Assembly (NCBI GenBank): GCA_964549935.1
Contig: CAZJVT010000002.1
Location: 191,066-255,065, forward strand
Direction of reading: 5' to 3'
DNA length: 64,000 nt
From: an uncultured Candidatus Saccharibacteria bacterium
Lineage (GTDB): Bacteria; Patescibacteriota; Minisyncoccia; UBA6257; 1-14-0-10-44-23
Part shown: positions 8,465-17,880 of the stretch, in pieces
Position numbering within the stretch: the stretch's first letter is position 1
How the letters are laid out: each line of letters opens with the position of its first letter
The notes under the pieces: generated by a model
Seen by the model: only the letters and a program-made list of their open reading frames with translations
The model's database searches: none
Told to the model about the DNA's origin: nothing
Position numbers and translations under genes: made by a program

Positions 8465-9385
8465 TCATCTCCTCTGCCCGTGAAATTTCTTATGCACATC
8501 TCCTAATTGTTTGTTGGTCAGGTGCGTGTAAATTTGCGTCGTCGAGATATTGCTGTGGCCCAGCAGCTCCTGCACACTGCGCAGGTCGGCGCCATTTACG
8601 AGTAGGTCGGTGGCAAACAAGTGGCGCAGCTTGTGTGGCGTAACGTGCTCCGCGATGCCGGCCTTACGAGTGTAGTAATTAACCAGACGCTGCACAGCGC
8701 GCGGCGTGATCTTACCGATAACTTTTGGCGGTTTTTGCGACTTCTTGGGAACCTTACTTAAACTCACAAACATCCACTCGAGCGCGTCCCCGCGCTTATC
8801 CAAATACTTTTTAATCGTGGCCTTGCAGCTATCTGAAAAAAACACGACGCGCAGCTTCTCTCCCTTGCCGCGCACAGTAATCTCGCCGCGACTTAAGTCG
8901 AGATAACGGCTAAGCCCGCAGAGCTCAGAGACACGCAGCCCGGTTGAAAAAAGCGTCTCTAATACCGCTCGGTCGCGCAGCGCACGCAATCCCTCCCCTT
9001 CGGGTGCGCTCATCAGGCGCTCAAAGTCGCGATACTCCGGGATAGCAATCTGCCTTTGGGCAATCTTTGGTAACTCGATCTTATCGGCAGCTAAGACTTT
9101 ATAATCATGCTTGGCCAGATACTTTAAAAAGCTACGCAGCGCAATGACGTAGTAATTTTGAGTCACCTTTTTCATCGTTCCACCCCGGCCACTATCCATT
9201 GTCGACATTTTTACACGAAATGATTTCACGGCACGCTCGGTAATGTCCGACTCTGACTTAATCCCTGCGTCCTTTAAAAACACCTTGAGATAGTGCTCGT
9301 AGTTGCGCCGTGTTTTAGGCGACCGGCCCTTTTCGACGGTCAGATAGTCTAAGTAGTCTTGCAGGAGCTCCTCAATTTTCGCCAT
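8465..9385 (-). CDS. XerC/XerD-family tyrosine recombinase
   Basis: Catalytic residues in GLRVSEL, GKGEKLR, HKLRH and LGHSNISTTQIYTH; N-terminal SAM-like domain. Confidence 0.93.
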   Translation of the reverse strand: MAKIEELLQDYLDYLTVEKGRSPKTRRNYEHYLKVFLKDAGIKSESDITERAVKSFRVKMSTMDSGRGGTMKKVTQNYYVIALRSFLKYLAKHDYKVLAADKIELPKIAQRQIAIPEYRDFERLMSAPEGEGLRALRDRAVLETLFSTGLRVSELCGLSRYLDLSRGEITVRGKGEKLRVVFFSDSCKATIKKYLDKRGDALEWMFVSLSKVPKKSQKPPKVIGKITPRAVQRLVNYYTRKAGIAEHVTPHKLRHLFATDLLVNGADLRSVQELLGHSNISTTQIYTHLTNKQLGDVHKKFHGQRR

Positions 9386-9504
9386 ACACTAAGTATACCG
9401 CAGATGTGTCGTAAAATATTCCCGGGCTTCGTGAGCGGCAAAAGACTATGTTACAGCGTACTAGTACACGGTAACATAGCAGAAAAATATTTCCGTCGCT
9501 TTAA

Positions 9505-10248
9505 TTAGTGAGTTATCTCTATCCGGACCGGATCAGGATGGAACTCCAGTTCGGTATCGGTATACACAATGAGTGGTGGCAGCACGAACTGCGCAGGCTG
9601 CTCGCCGGCGATTCGGATAACCCGCTCGGGATGCGCATGTCCACCTGTGGCGGGTAGCCCAGCCTGGATACGCTTAACCTGGTAGGCCTTAAGCTTTCGC
9701 TCGAGCGCCTCCCCTAGCCCGCCGGAAAGTAATGACTCCAAAAACTTTTTAAATGCCGAAGCGGTTTTGTGTCTGTGGCGCAGGTCGCCTTCGTAGAGAG
9801 GCTTACCGGCGAGCCAGCTTTTATTCGCCGCAAAGAACTCGGCCAGCTTAGCATCGCTGCCATACACGGGCGCAAGCCCGGCGTACATCCGCTGCCAGTA
9901 TTCATTCTTCTGCAAAGACAGCTTATACGTCGCAGGAGTGACAAAGTGGTTTAAACAAATCTTATCACTGGCCGCGACGGAGTGGTCGAGCTTGCTGCGC
10001 CGCCAGCCGAAGAGACCAAAAAGAATCGCGGCAAAGAACCTGGCTGTAAAAATCCGCCCGGCGCGCGCACCGATTAAAACGTCGAAGTCACTCTCCTCGT
10101 CCACGTTGCCTATTGCCATTGAACCGCTACCAAAAGCAAACTCAACAAACGGAATGTGTCGAAACAGCCCGGTCTTTTTTAAAAACCGCGCCCACTTTTT
10201 GTCGTACAGCAGCTGCTGGTCAACTTCATTCTTACTTTCTGCCTCCAT
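9505..10248 (-). CDS. Pol-beta-type nucleotidyltransferase-fold protein
   Basis: GSMAIGNVDEESDFDVLI matches the GS...DxD motif. Confidence 0.7.
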   Translation of the reverse strand: MEAESKNEVDQQLLYDKKWARFLKKTGLFRHIPFVEFAFGSGSMAIGNVDEESDFDVLIGARAGRIFTARFFAAILFGLFGWRRSKLDHSVAASDKICLNHFVTPATYKLSLQKNEYWQRMYAGLAPVYGSDAKLAEFFAANKSWLAGKPLYEGDLRHRHKTASAFKKFLESLLSGGLGEALERKLKAYQVKRIQAGLPATGGHAHPERVIRIAGEQPAQFVLPPLIVYTDTELEFHPDPVRIEITH

Positions 10249-10660
10249 ACAAATTCAAAAATTCGTCCCTGAACATAATTGCCCAATGCACCTCACGAGC
10301 TTCATTGGGAAAAACGCGCGCCTTATCTTCTGGCGAAATTGGTCCTCGAATATGGAAACCAAACCGCTCAATCAGCTCTGGATGCTCGGCAACTATCCAT
10401 GACGTTGTTGTGACTGCTTTCGCCTCGGCGAAGGCCGGATCGTCTCTCATTTGCCCAGCTAAAATTCGCATTCCGTCGAGAACGTTAGCGATTTTTTCCT
10501 TGGTTGAGAAATCGAACATGGGAGCAAGATGGAGCGCGATACCTTTTCCTCCGTCTTTAAACTCCCGAATATGATAACCGAGCACCTCATTTAGCCGCAC
10601 AAAAGTCGGGTGTCTTTCAAAAAAGGCGTCTCTAGTTGATCCCGGCCGTGGCTCTGCCAT
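10232..10660 (-). CDS. Hypothetical protein
   Basis: 142 aa ORF packed between rmuC and the NTase gene. Confidence 0.65.
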   Translation of the reverse strand: MAEPRPGSTRDAFFERHPTFVRLNEVLGYHIREFKDGGKGIALHLAPMFDFSTKEKIANVLDGMRILAGQMRDDPAFAEAKAVTTTSWIVAEHPELIERFGFHIRGPISPEDKARVFPNEAREVHWAIMFRDEFLNLYGGRK

Positions 10661-10664
10661 ATTT

Positions 10665-11750
10665 TTATTCCTCTACTGCTGGCTTTTCTAATGCTTTAAC
10701 TTCAAAGCCGACGCCCTCGCCGGTAATGCGCATCACGTCCTTGTCTACCTTGCCGAGCTCTTTGTACGCCGCGTTGTAGTGATTGACCGTCGTACTCATC
10801 GCGTTGCCGAGCTTGAGCATATAGTCTTCGTGGGCCTTCCAGTGCTTCTGGAGCTCGCCGATACGCTTAACAATGTCCTGGGTCGCCTGTTCGATCTTAA
10901 AGGCTTTAAGGCCATACAAGACCGATTGCAGATAGGCAGCGAAGGTCGTCGGCGAGACGATAATCACCTTCTTTTCGTTATAGGCGTAATCGATAAGGTT
11001 GCGGGTGTTGACCTTAACGGCGCCAACCTCATTAACGAGCAGGTCGTAGTAAATCCCTTCGGCCGGGATAAACATAAAGGCAAACGGCAATGTCCCCTCC
11101 TCGGAGCGGATGTACTTTGCGGTCTCGTCGATGCGCTTTTTTAAATCATTTTTAAAATCTTTTTCGAGCTCCTCGCGCTGCTTGTCGTCAATTGCCTGCG
11201 TCACGCGGTTGTAGTTGTCGAGACTGAACTTTGCGTCGACAGGAATGATGCCGTCTTTCGTAATTATCGCGGCGTCGACAACCTCTCCGTTTTTAAACGG
11301 ATACTGCATTTTATACGAACCCGGCGGCAGAATGTTGCTCAAGATGAGTTCTAGAGAGGCCTCACCGAGGTTGCCGCGCTGCTTTTGGTGCTTCAAAACT
11401 TTTTCGAGGTTCGCGAGCTGCTCGGCAATCGTCATAAACTGCTTCGTCTGCTCGTTGGTCTTCGTCTGCTCACGAGTAACGTCTACCAGCGACTTGTTCA
11501 TCTGCTCGCTGATTTCACGCAGGAGTTGCTGACTCTGACTAAACTGGTGCCGCACGCTCTCGGTCATTTCTTTACGGCTCTCCCCGAGCTTGCTATCAAC
11601 CGCCTGGGTAAGTTGCATCAGCTGCTGCTGAAGCAGCAGCATGCCCTCACCCTCTTCTTTGGGCGCGGCAGAACGACGCATATATATAAGAAGGATAGCA
11701 AAGCCACCGATAAGAACGAGCAATAAAATGCCGAAATAAACAGGGGTCAT
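10665..11750 (-). CDS. rmuC: DNA recombination protein RmuC
   Basis: N-terminal TM and coiled coil; RGNLGE, IPVDAKF, KYI, FAFMFIPAEG, VSPTT. Confidence 0.93.
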   Translation of the reverse strand: MTPVYFGILLLVLIGGFAILLIYMRRSAAPKEEGEGMLLLQQQLMQLTQAVDSKLGESRKEMTESVRHQFSQSQQLLREISEQMNKSLVDVTREQTKTNEQTKQFMTIAEQLANLEKVLKHQKQRGNLGEASLELILSNILPPGSYKMQYPFKNGEVVDAAIITKDGIIPVDAKFSLDNYNRVTQAIDDKQREELEKDFKNDLKKRIDETAKYIRSEEGTLPFAFMFIPAEGIYYDLLVNEVGAVKVNTRNLIDYAYNEKKVIIVSPTTFAAYLQSVLYGLKAFKIEQATQDIVKRIGELQKHWKAHEDYMLKLGNAMSTTVNHYNAAYKELGKVDKDVMRITGEGVGFEVKALEKPAVEE

Positions 11751-11784
11751 ACTTTTAGTATAGCTCCATTTGAATAAATAAACG

Positions 11785-12026
11785 AAAACCCGCCTGAGCC
11801 ATGCATATCTTGACGACCTTTTTCCTTAACGACCCTGGCCGAAGTGATTTCCCCCACTTTGATATGCCTTGCCACTATTGCAGGAAATAGTGCCTGCGCA
11901 AAACATATCGCTGCGAGATGATCGAAACGGCTATTCCGAGTCGCCGGTCATGCTGATCTCCCCACCTCCTGACTACCCATAGGTCACTCGTCAAGCTTAG
12001 GAAAGGTGCGATGGCCCAAACGGGCT
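11785..12026 (-). ncRNA. Unassigned ~240 nt structured RNA (possible divergent 6S-like)
   Basis: 14-bp closing helix with G-U pairs that favours the minus strand, an 8-bp inner helix, two internal hairpins, upstream promoter and 3' U-tract. No meaningful ORF. Confidence 0.65.
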
Positions 12027-12032
12027 ATCCCT

Positions 12033-12060
12033 ATTATAAAGCTCACCGCGGAAAAGGCAA
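12033..12060 (-). promoter_or_regulatory. sigma70 promoter of the candidate ncRNA
   Basis: TTGCCT-16 nt-TATAAT; predicted start coincides with the 5' end of the closing helix. Confidence 0.65.
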
Positions 12061-12106
12061 ATGGCTTAAAATCGCAAACTGTTATTTAAGAGTGAATAAG
12101 TACCTC

Positions 12107-12679
12107 TTACCTTGCGAGGTAGATAATAAAGCCAACGGCGATCGTGTTGATAACGAAGGAAACGAGCATAATGTAGCGCATTCGCAGGTGCGTAAGTCCC
12201 ATCATGCTAAGGCCAAGTTCATCCGGCAGTGGTGAGGCTATAACAAGGGCGCCGAAAAAGATTGCGGCAACTCGGATGAGCCACGAGGAGGCAAATTTTT
12301 CGAATGTCCCATGTGTCCTTTTGACGAGATACTCGAAAAGCTCATCGAGCATGCTGACTTTAACGGCGGCGATTAATCCGGCGTCGCCCAGCATCGCTCC
12401 CACTCCCCCCAGGAGCGCGATACTGTAGAGTGGCAGCGCGCCATCACGGGCAAGAACGATAAAAATTGCCAACGAGAGTGGCGTCGTTGAAAACGAAGTG
12501 AAGCAAAGCCCCCCGATAAAGGCCATCAGCAGCAGCCACCCGCCGCCAAGAGCCGCCCACTTATCGAGTAATCCGGAAACGACAAGCAGGTATGATGCCG
12601 TAATTATAAACGCAACGAGCACAAAGTAGGTCATGTGCCGCAGCGTGAAAATCTTTTTAAAAATTTGCCCTGTTGTCAT
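12107..12679 (-). CDS. Hypothetical integral membrane protein (DedA/VTT-like)
   Basis: About 5 TM helices; GAMLGD and SPLPDELG motifs. Confidence 0.7.
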   Translation of the reverse strand: MTTGQIFKKIFTLRHMTYFVLVAFIITASYLLVVSGLLDKWAALGGGWLLLMAFIGGLCFTSFSTTPLSLAIFIVLARDGALPLYSIALLGGVGAMLGDAGLIAAVKVSMLDELFEYLVKRTHGTFEKFASSWLIRVAAIFFGALVIASPLPDELGLSMMGLTHLRMRYIMLVSFVINTIAVGFIIYLAR

Positions 12680-12720
12680 ATCTGTTTCCTGTTAGTACAG
12701 CCGTTTGAATACCCGGTCGC

Positions 12721-14271
12721 TTACGCTTCAAGCAACGGCAACAGGCTCGTTCCGGTCATTTCGGCGGGCTTTGGGATTTTGAGCAAATCTAAAATCGTCG
12801 GCGCAACGTCAGAAAGAATACCAATGGCACCTTCGGCGGAGACCTGCGCCATCCGTGCCTCATGCTTAAACTCCGGACCGACAACGTAGATAGGCACCGG
12901 GCTCGGATCGTGGGTCGTCTCCGGGCTGCCCGTCATTGCGTCTAGCATCACCTCAACATTGCCGTGATCTGCAGTCACGACTAAGTAGCTCCCCGTCTCC
13001 TCGCAGGCTTTGACGATGCGCCCGAGCTGCTCGTCGACGGTCTGGGCGGCAATAATGGCGGCGTTAAAGTTTCCGGTATGTGCAACCATGTCGGCGTTGG
13101 CAAAGTTTAAAACGACAACGTCATACGTGTGATTAGCAATCGCATCGACAACCTGGTCGGCAATCGCCGCAGCCATCATCTGGGGTTCTAAGTCGTGCCG
13201 CTCGACGTTACGCGAAGGAATCAAAACTTTATTCTGCCCCGGGAACTGCTCGTCGCGATATCCGTTAAAAAAATACGTCACGTGGGCATACTTTTCCGTC
13301 TCGGCAATTGAAAGTTGCTTAAGTCCGGCGTCTGAAAGAACTTTGCCAAGCGGCTGACTGACGTCCTCCGGCGGAAAAGCGACCGGCACCTTAAACGTCT
13401 TTGTATATTCGGTCATCGTCGCGACAAACAGATTCTCAAACTTCTTAACTGGGAACTTGTCGAAATCCTTTTCTATAAAGGAAGCGGCGATTTGGCGGAT
13501 GCTGTCTTCACGAAAATCACAAAAAACTAACGCATCGCCGTCGACAATTGGATGCCCTATGGCAATCGGCAAAAAGTACTCATCACTTTGGTCTATCTCG
13601 TAAAACTTCCCAACCGCCTTATCAACGGGCACATCTGTCGGCGCGAGATTTCCGACCATTGCATCGTAGGCTTTCTGCGTACGATCCCAGTGACTATCGC
13701 GATCAAGCGCAAAGTGACGCCCGGTGAGACTCGCCAAGGTGCCAACGCCGGCATTAGCCGTCACCTCGCTCAACTTCGTCAAAAGCTGCAATACAGAATG
13801 CGGCCTACTGTCCTTGCCGTCAGCGAACAAATGCAAATTAACTTGTTTCACACCGTTTGCCGCCGCGACTTCAATCAGGGTCTGCAAATGCTCAAAAGCT
13901 GCATGAATAGTCCCCTCGGTCAAAAGGCTGGCGATATTTAAAGCCGAATTATTTTTCTTAACATGCTCGAAGGCCTGCAAAAAAACAGGATTCTTCTGAA
14001 ACTCCCCGCGCTGTATAGCCAGTGTGATACGCGGATAGTGTTGATACAAAACCTTCCCGGCGCCAATTGTCAGGTGGCCGACTTCAGAGTTGCCGACATC
14101 GGTCCATGGCAGCCCCACAGAGATACCGGAAGCCTGGAGTGATCCAGCTAAGTAGTGCTGGCTAAGATATGGGATAGTCGAAAGGCTCGCCTTGGCAAGC
14201 GGATTCGTAAAATCCTGTTTCCCTACTCCCCAGCCGTCTAAAATTGCTAAAACCAACATCGGTCGCTCCAT
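12721..14271 (-). CDS. gpmI: 2,3-bisphosphoglycerate-independent phosphoglycerate mutase
   Basis: ILDGWG, GNSEVGH, AETEKYAHVTYFFNG, DMVAHTG, TADHGN. Confidence 0.97.
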   Translation of the reverse strand: MERPMLVLAILDGWGVGKQDFTNPLAKASLSTIPYLSQHYLAGSLQASGISVGLPWTDVGNSEVGHLTIGAGKVLYQHYPRITLAIQRGEFQKNPVFLQAFEHVKKNNSALNIASLLTEGTIHAAFEHLQTLIEVAAANGVKQVNLHLFADGKDSRPHSVLQLLTKLSEVTANAGVGTLASLTGRHFALDRDSHWDRTQKAYDAMVGNLAPTDVPVDKAVGKFYEIDQSDEYFLPIAIGHPIVDGDALVFCDFREDSIRQIAASFIEKDFDKFPVKKFENLFVATMTEYTKTFKVPVAFPPEDVSQPLGKVLSDAGLKQLSIAETEKYAHVTYFFNGYRDEQFPGQNKVLIPSRNVERHDLEPQMMAAAIADQVVDAIANHTYDVVVLNFANADMVAHTGNFNAAIIAAQTVDEQLGRIVKACEETGSYLVVTADHGNVEVMLDAMTGSPETTHDPSPVPIYVVGPEFKHEARMAQVSAEGAIGILSDVAPTILDLLKIPKPAEMTGTSLLPLLEA

Positions 14272-14497
14272 ATAGACTATAGTATACCCTGCCGCCCTCC
14301 CCTTTGGTAGATGTTTGTACGGAGATTCTTATACAAGACAACAAAAAATATTTTCCCGCAACGCATTTTACAAATATTCCGCTTTCGCCTATACTAACGA
14401 AGACAGTTTCTCATTAATTACTTAGTTAATTTTCTATTCCCTCAAGCTTTCATGGTCACTCTTTTGACTGCGAACATCGTGCGGGACCTTATCACTT

Positions 14498-16024
14498 ATG
14501 GAAATTCTATCCAACCCACTGGTTTGGGTCTTTTTAGTTGTCGGGGCAGCAGCAGGCTTCTTTGTCAGTAAGTCGCGTGGCTCAAAAACAGCCGCATCCG
14601 TAGATGCGGAAATTAAAGTTAAGCTCGCCGAGTCGGAAAAGAAGGCCGAGCACCTTGTCGCTGACGCCAAATTAAAGGCGGCGGAGGTCTTAAACGAAGG
14701 CCAGAAGGCGGAACGTGAGCGCAAAGAAAAGCTCGACAAAGTTGAAGAGCGTCTTTTAAAGCGCGAGGAGACCCTAGAGTCCCAGGCCGGTAGCTTAACG
14801 AGCCGTGAGAACAAGTTGCAGGAGGAGCTCAAGAAAATCGACACACTCAAAGCCGACGCTGAGGCTGCCAACGTTAAAGCCGTCGCCCACCTCGAAAAGA
14901 TTACCGGTATGAAAGCCGAGGAGGCGAAGTCGATGATCATGAAGGACATCACCGAGCGTTACAAGGCGGACATGGTCGCTACTATCCAAAAAGTTGAACA
15001 CGAGCGCCGCGATGAGATCGAGAAGAAGGCTTCAGAGATTATCACCACCTCGCTGATGCGCTACGCCCGCAGCCAGGTCGCCGACGTGACCACCTCGGTC
15101 TTCCACCTCCCGAGCGAGGACATCAAGGGCAAAATCATCGGCCGCGAAGGACGCAACATCAAAGCCCTTGAGCGAGCCACCGGCGTGGAAATCATCATTG
15201 ACGAGGCTCCGGAGTCTATCATCCTCTCTTCGTTTGACCCGCTCCGCCGCGAGATTGCCCGTATGACGCTCGATAAAATGATTAAGGACGGCCGCATCCA
15301 GCCGGCGCGTATCGAGGAGACCGTCGAGGCCTGCAAGACCGAACTCATCCGCCGCATGCAGGAAATTGGCGAACAGGCCACCCTTGAAGTCGGTATCACC
15401 GGCTTCCCGAAAGAGATTCTGCAGCTGCTTGGCCGCCTGCACTTCCGCACCAGCTACGGGCAGAACGTCTTAATGCACTCCGTGGAAATGGCACACATCG
15501 CCGGCATGGTCGCCCGCGAGCTCGGCTGTAACGTCGATATCGCCAAGAAGGGTGCGCTCGTCCACGACATCGGTAAGGCCATCAGTCACGAAGTCGAAGG
15601 CACACACGTCGAACTCGGCCGCAAGATCCTCGCCAAGTACGGTGTTGAACAGGCTGTCATTACCGCAATGGAGAGCCACCACGAGGACTACCCGTTCTCT
15701 TCTCCGGAGGCCTACATCGTTACTATGGCCGACATTCTCTCGGCAGCCCGTCCGGGAGCTCGCCGTGATACAGTTGAGCAGTACATCAAACGCCTTAAGG
15801 ACTTAGAAGAAATCACCAGCAAGTTTGATGGCGTAAAGCAGGCCTATGCCCTCTCCGCCGGCCGCGAGATCCGCGTCTTCGTTGTACCGGAGAAGATCGA
15901 CGACTTCGCAGCGCTCGAAATGGCACGCAACATCGCCAACAAGATCCAAACCGACATGAAGTACCCCGGCGAAATCAAAGTAAACGTAATCCGAGAAACC
16001 CGAGCAGTCGAATACGCAAGATAG
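14498..16024 (+). CDS. rny: Ribonuclease Y
   Basis: TM, coiled coil, KH (KGKIIGREGRNI), HD (HDIGK), SAARPGAR. Confidence 0.97.
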   Translation: MEILSNPLVWVFLVVGAAAGFFVSKSRGSKTAASVDAEIKVKLAESEKKAEHLVADAKLKAAEVLNEGQKAERERKEKLDKVEERLLKREETLESQAGSLTSRENKLQEELKKIDTLKADAEAANVKAVAHLEKITGMKAEEAKSMIMKDITERYKADMVATIQKVEHERRDEIEKKASEIITTSLMRYARSQVADVTTSVFHLPSEDIKGKIIGREGRNIKALERATGVEIIIDEAPESIILSSFDPLRREIARMTLDKMIKDGRIQPARIEETVEACKTELIRRMQEIGEQATLEVGITGFPKEILQLLGRLHFRTSYGQNVLMHSVEMAHIAGMVARELGCNVDIAKKGALVHDIGKAISHEVEGTHVELGRKILAKYGVEQAVITAMESHHEDYPFSSPEAYIVTMADILSAARPGARRDTVEQYIKRLKDLEEITSKFDGVKQAYALSAGREIRVFVVPEKIDDFAALEMARNIANKIQTDMKYPGEIKVNVIRETRAVEYAR

Positions 16025-16173
16025 AATCTATACTCTCGGCCCGCACGATTTGTGCGGGCCGAGAACGTTTCCGGGTTGCATCTTATCCACATAAGCTAAA
16101 AACCTCGCTATTGCGTGTTTTCTCGACGCTCGTGTATAATTCCTGCATTAACAACTTAAAAAATAATTTCTCT

Positions 16174-16449
16174 ATGAAGAAAGACGACTTGGTTGAAGCG
16201 CTCTACAAAGGAGCTTCGCTCCCGACGAAGAAGCAGGCCGGCGAAATCGTTGACTGGTTCTTTGACACTATTACGAACGCTCTCAAGAAGGGTGACGAAG
16301 TCGGTATCACCGGCTTTGGAACTTTTAAGGCTGTGAAGCGTGCTGCTCGCCAGGGTCGCAACCCTAAGACCGGTGAGAAGATGCAGATCAAGGCCTCGGT
16401 TGTTCCTAAGTTCAAGGCTGGCAAGCTCCTCAAGGACGCCGTTAAGTAA
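16174..16449 (+). CDS. hup: DNA-binding protein HU
   Basis: GFGTF, RAARQGRNPKTGE, PKFKAGKLLKDAVK. Confidence 0.96.
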   Translation: MKKDDLVEALYKGASLPTKKQAGEIVDWFFDTITNALKKGDEVGITGFGTFKAVKRAARQGRNPKTGEKMQIKASVVPKFKAGKLLKDAVK

Positions 16450-16573
16450 GAAGGACTTATTCACACTTTTGGCTTCAAAACCAAAACTGTGGTATACTAG
16501 AAATCAGTCAAGGACCTGCTCTGTGAGGGAGCAGGTTTTTGATTTCTAGTCCCCTTTTACGTATACTTACCTT

Positions 16574-16795
16574 ATGACAATTACACATGGCACTAAAAAG
16601 TTTTTGAAAGGCACGCTTATCTTTATCATCGCTGCTAGCATGGTACTCCTCTACCTCGCCCCTATCTTTAGCGGACCGGTAGCGGCACCGCAGCAGCAGC
16701 TCCCCACCCAGCCAACGCAGGCTCCGACCGGCTTTATCGGACCAATGGGCTCACCAAGCGTCAAGGGGCCAACCGCTCCCCCGTCTTTGAAATAA
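16574..16795 (+). CDS. Small hypothetical membrane protein
   Basis: One TM plus Pro/Gln-rich tail; TATACT 6 nt before the ATG. Confidence 0.6.
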   Translation: MTITHGTKKFLKGTLIFIIAASMVLLYLAPIFSGPVAAPQQQLPTQPTQAPTGFIGPMGSPSVKGPTAPPSLK

Positions 16796-16913
16796 GCTTG
16801 CAAGAGTCGCCAAATCTGATAGAATATCTCCTATGTCGCCCTTGTTAGTGAAGCGGGGTTGACCAAGCTGAAACAGTTGCCGACCCAGCCTCTGCTGTCT
16901 CCTGCGGGCCTCG

Positions 16914-16947
16914 CCCGCCGTAGCCAGCTACTGCTGGCGAAGGCGGG
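16914..16947. repeat. REP-like palindrome overlapping the tRNA-Gly 5' end
   Basis: cccgcc-gta-gccagc tact gctggc-gaa-ggcggg. Confidence 0.55.
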
Positions 16948-17013
16948 TATCATATAACGGTATTATGTGACCTTGCCAAGGTCAAAACACGGGTTCGACT
17001 CCCGTTACCCGCT
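16943..17013 (+). tRNA. tRNA-Gly(GCC)
   Basis: Acceptor gcgggta/tacccgc; anticodon arm tgacc-ttGCCaa-ggtca; GGTTCGACTCC; U73. Confidence 0.93.
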
Positions 17014-17032
17014 CAATTAAAAATAAACAAAT

Positions 17033-17872
17033 ATGACTCAAGAACTTCCGACTGCAACCGTGCGTCCGATGCTTGAAAATCCTACGACCCTTCTTAAGAA
17101 GGCTTGGCAGCTGATGCTTGCTAATGCCGGCGTTCTTTTTACATTAAGTCTTGCTCCGTTAGTTTTTGCTTTTTTCGTCGGTCTTTTAGCGGCCGGCTCA
17201 AAGCCTGCTACGGTTATCGGCGGGATCATTGCGGGCATCGTCCACGTTCTGACGGCAATTGCTGTCATAGCGGTACTCAATGCTCGATCAACCGGCGAGA
17301 CGAAAACTATTAGCCAAGCCTATAAAGTCGCTCTCGAACGGTTCCTCCCGCTTGTTTTGACGGGCCTACTCATTGGCCTAGCTAGCTTCGGCGGCATGCT
17401 CATCTTTCTTCTCCCGGGAATACTTATAGTTATTTGGGCTTCGTTTGCTACTTACATCGTCGTACTCGAGGAAATCTCCGGTCTCAAGGCATTCGTAAGA
17501 AGCGCTGCATACGTTAAAGACTACTGGGCTGCAATTTTTGGCCGCAATCTCTTCGTTGGTTTTCTGGCGATGCTGCCAATGATTGCTTTTTTCATCGTTA
17601 AGTTGATTGTGATCGGCGCGCAGACAAAAACCCCTGGGATGGATGCAGTCTTTAACTCGCTATACAGTTTTGCTATTACCCCGCTGCTCGCCTGCTACAG
17701 TTACCTCCTATATCGCAACATTATCCAAATCAAAGGTACTGAGCCGGTAGCACCGGCAAAGGCGCGTGGCGTAGTCATCACCTTCGCAATCATTGGCATT
17801 GTACTCGTAATCGCATTCGTCGGCCTAGCCGTCTCCGGACTAGGCACGCAACCGGCGATGCCGCTGCAATAG
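17033..17872 (+). CDS. Hypothetical integral membrane protein
   Basis: About 7 TM helices; PGILIVIWASF...GLKAFVRSAAYVKDYW pattern (GDPD-membrane/DUF975-like). Confidence 0.7.
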   Translation: MTQELPTATVRPMLENPTTLLKKAWQLMLANAGVLFTLSLAPLVFAFFVGLLAAGSKPATVIGGIIAGIVHVLTAIAVIAVLNARSTGETKTISQAYKVALERFLPLVLTGLLIGLASFGGMLIFLLPGILIVIWASFATYIVVLEEISGLKAFVRSAAYVKDYWAAIFGRNLFVGFLAMLPMIAFFIVKLIVIGAQTKTPGMDAVFNSLYSFAITPLLACYSYLLYRNIIQIKGTEPVAPAKARGVVITFAIIGIVLVIAFVGLAVSGLGTQPAMPLQ

Positions 17873-17880
17873 CCCGATCT

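Noticed and set aside
9445-9480. Inverted repeat ctatgttac...gtaacatag upstream of the recombinase as a dif site
   Set aside because: Arm spacing (16 bp) does not fit the 11-6-11 dif layout. More likely a terminator or operator.
11920-11970. AGGAGGT SD followed by ATG inside the candidate ncRNA
   Set aside because: The ORF is only 6 codons (MTGDSE) and lies within a hairpin. Not supportable as a CDS.
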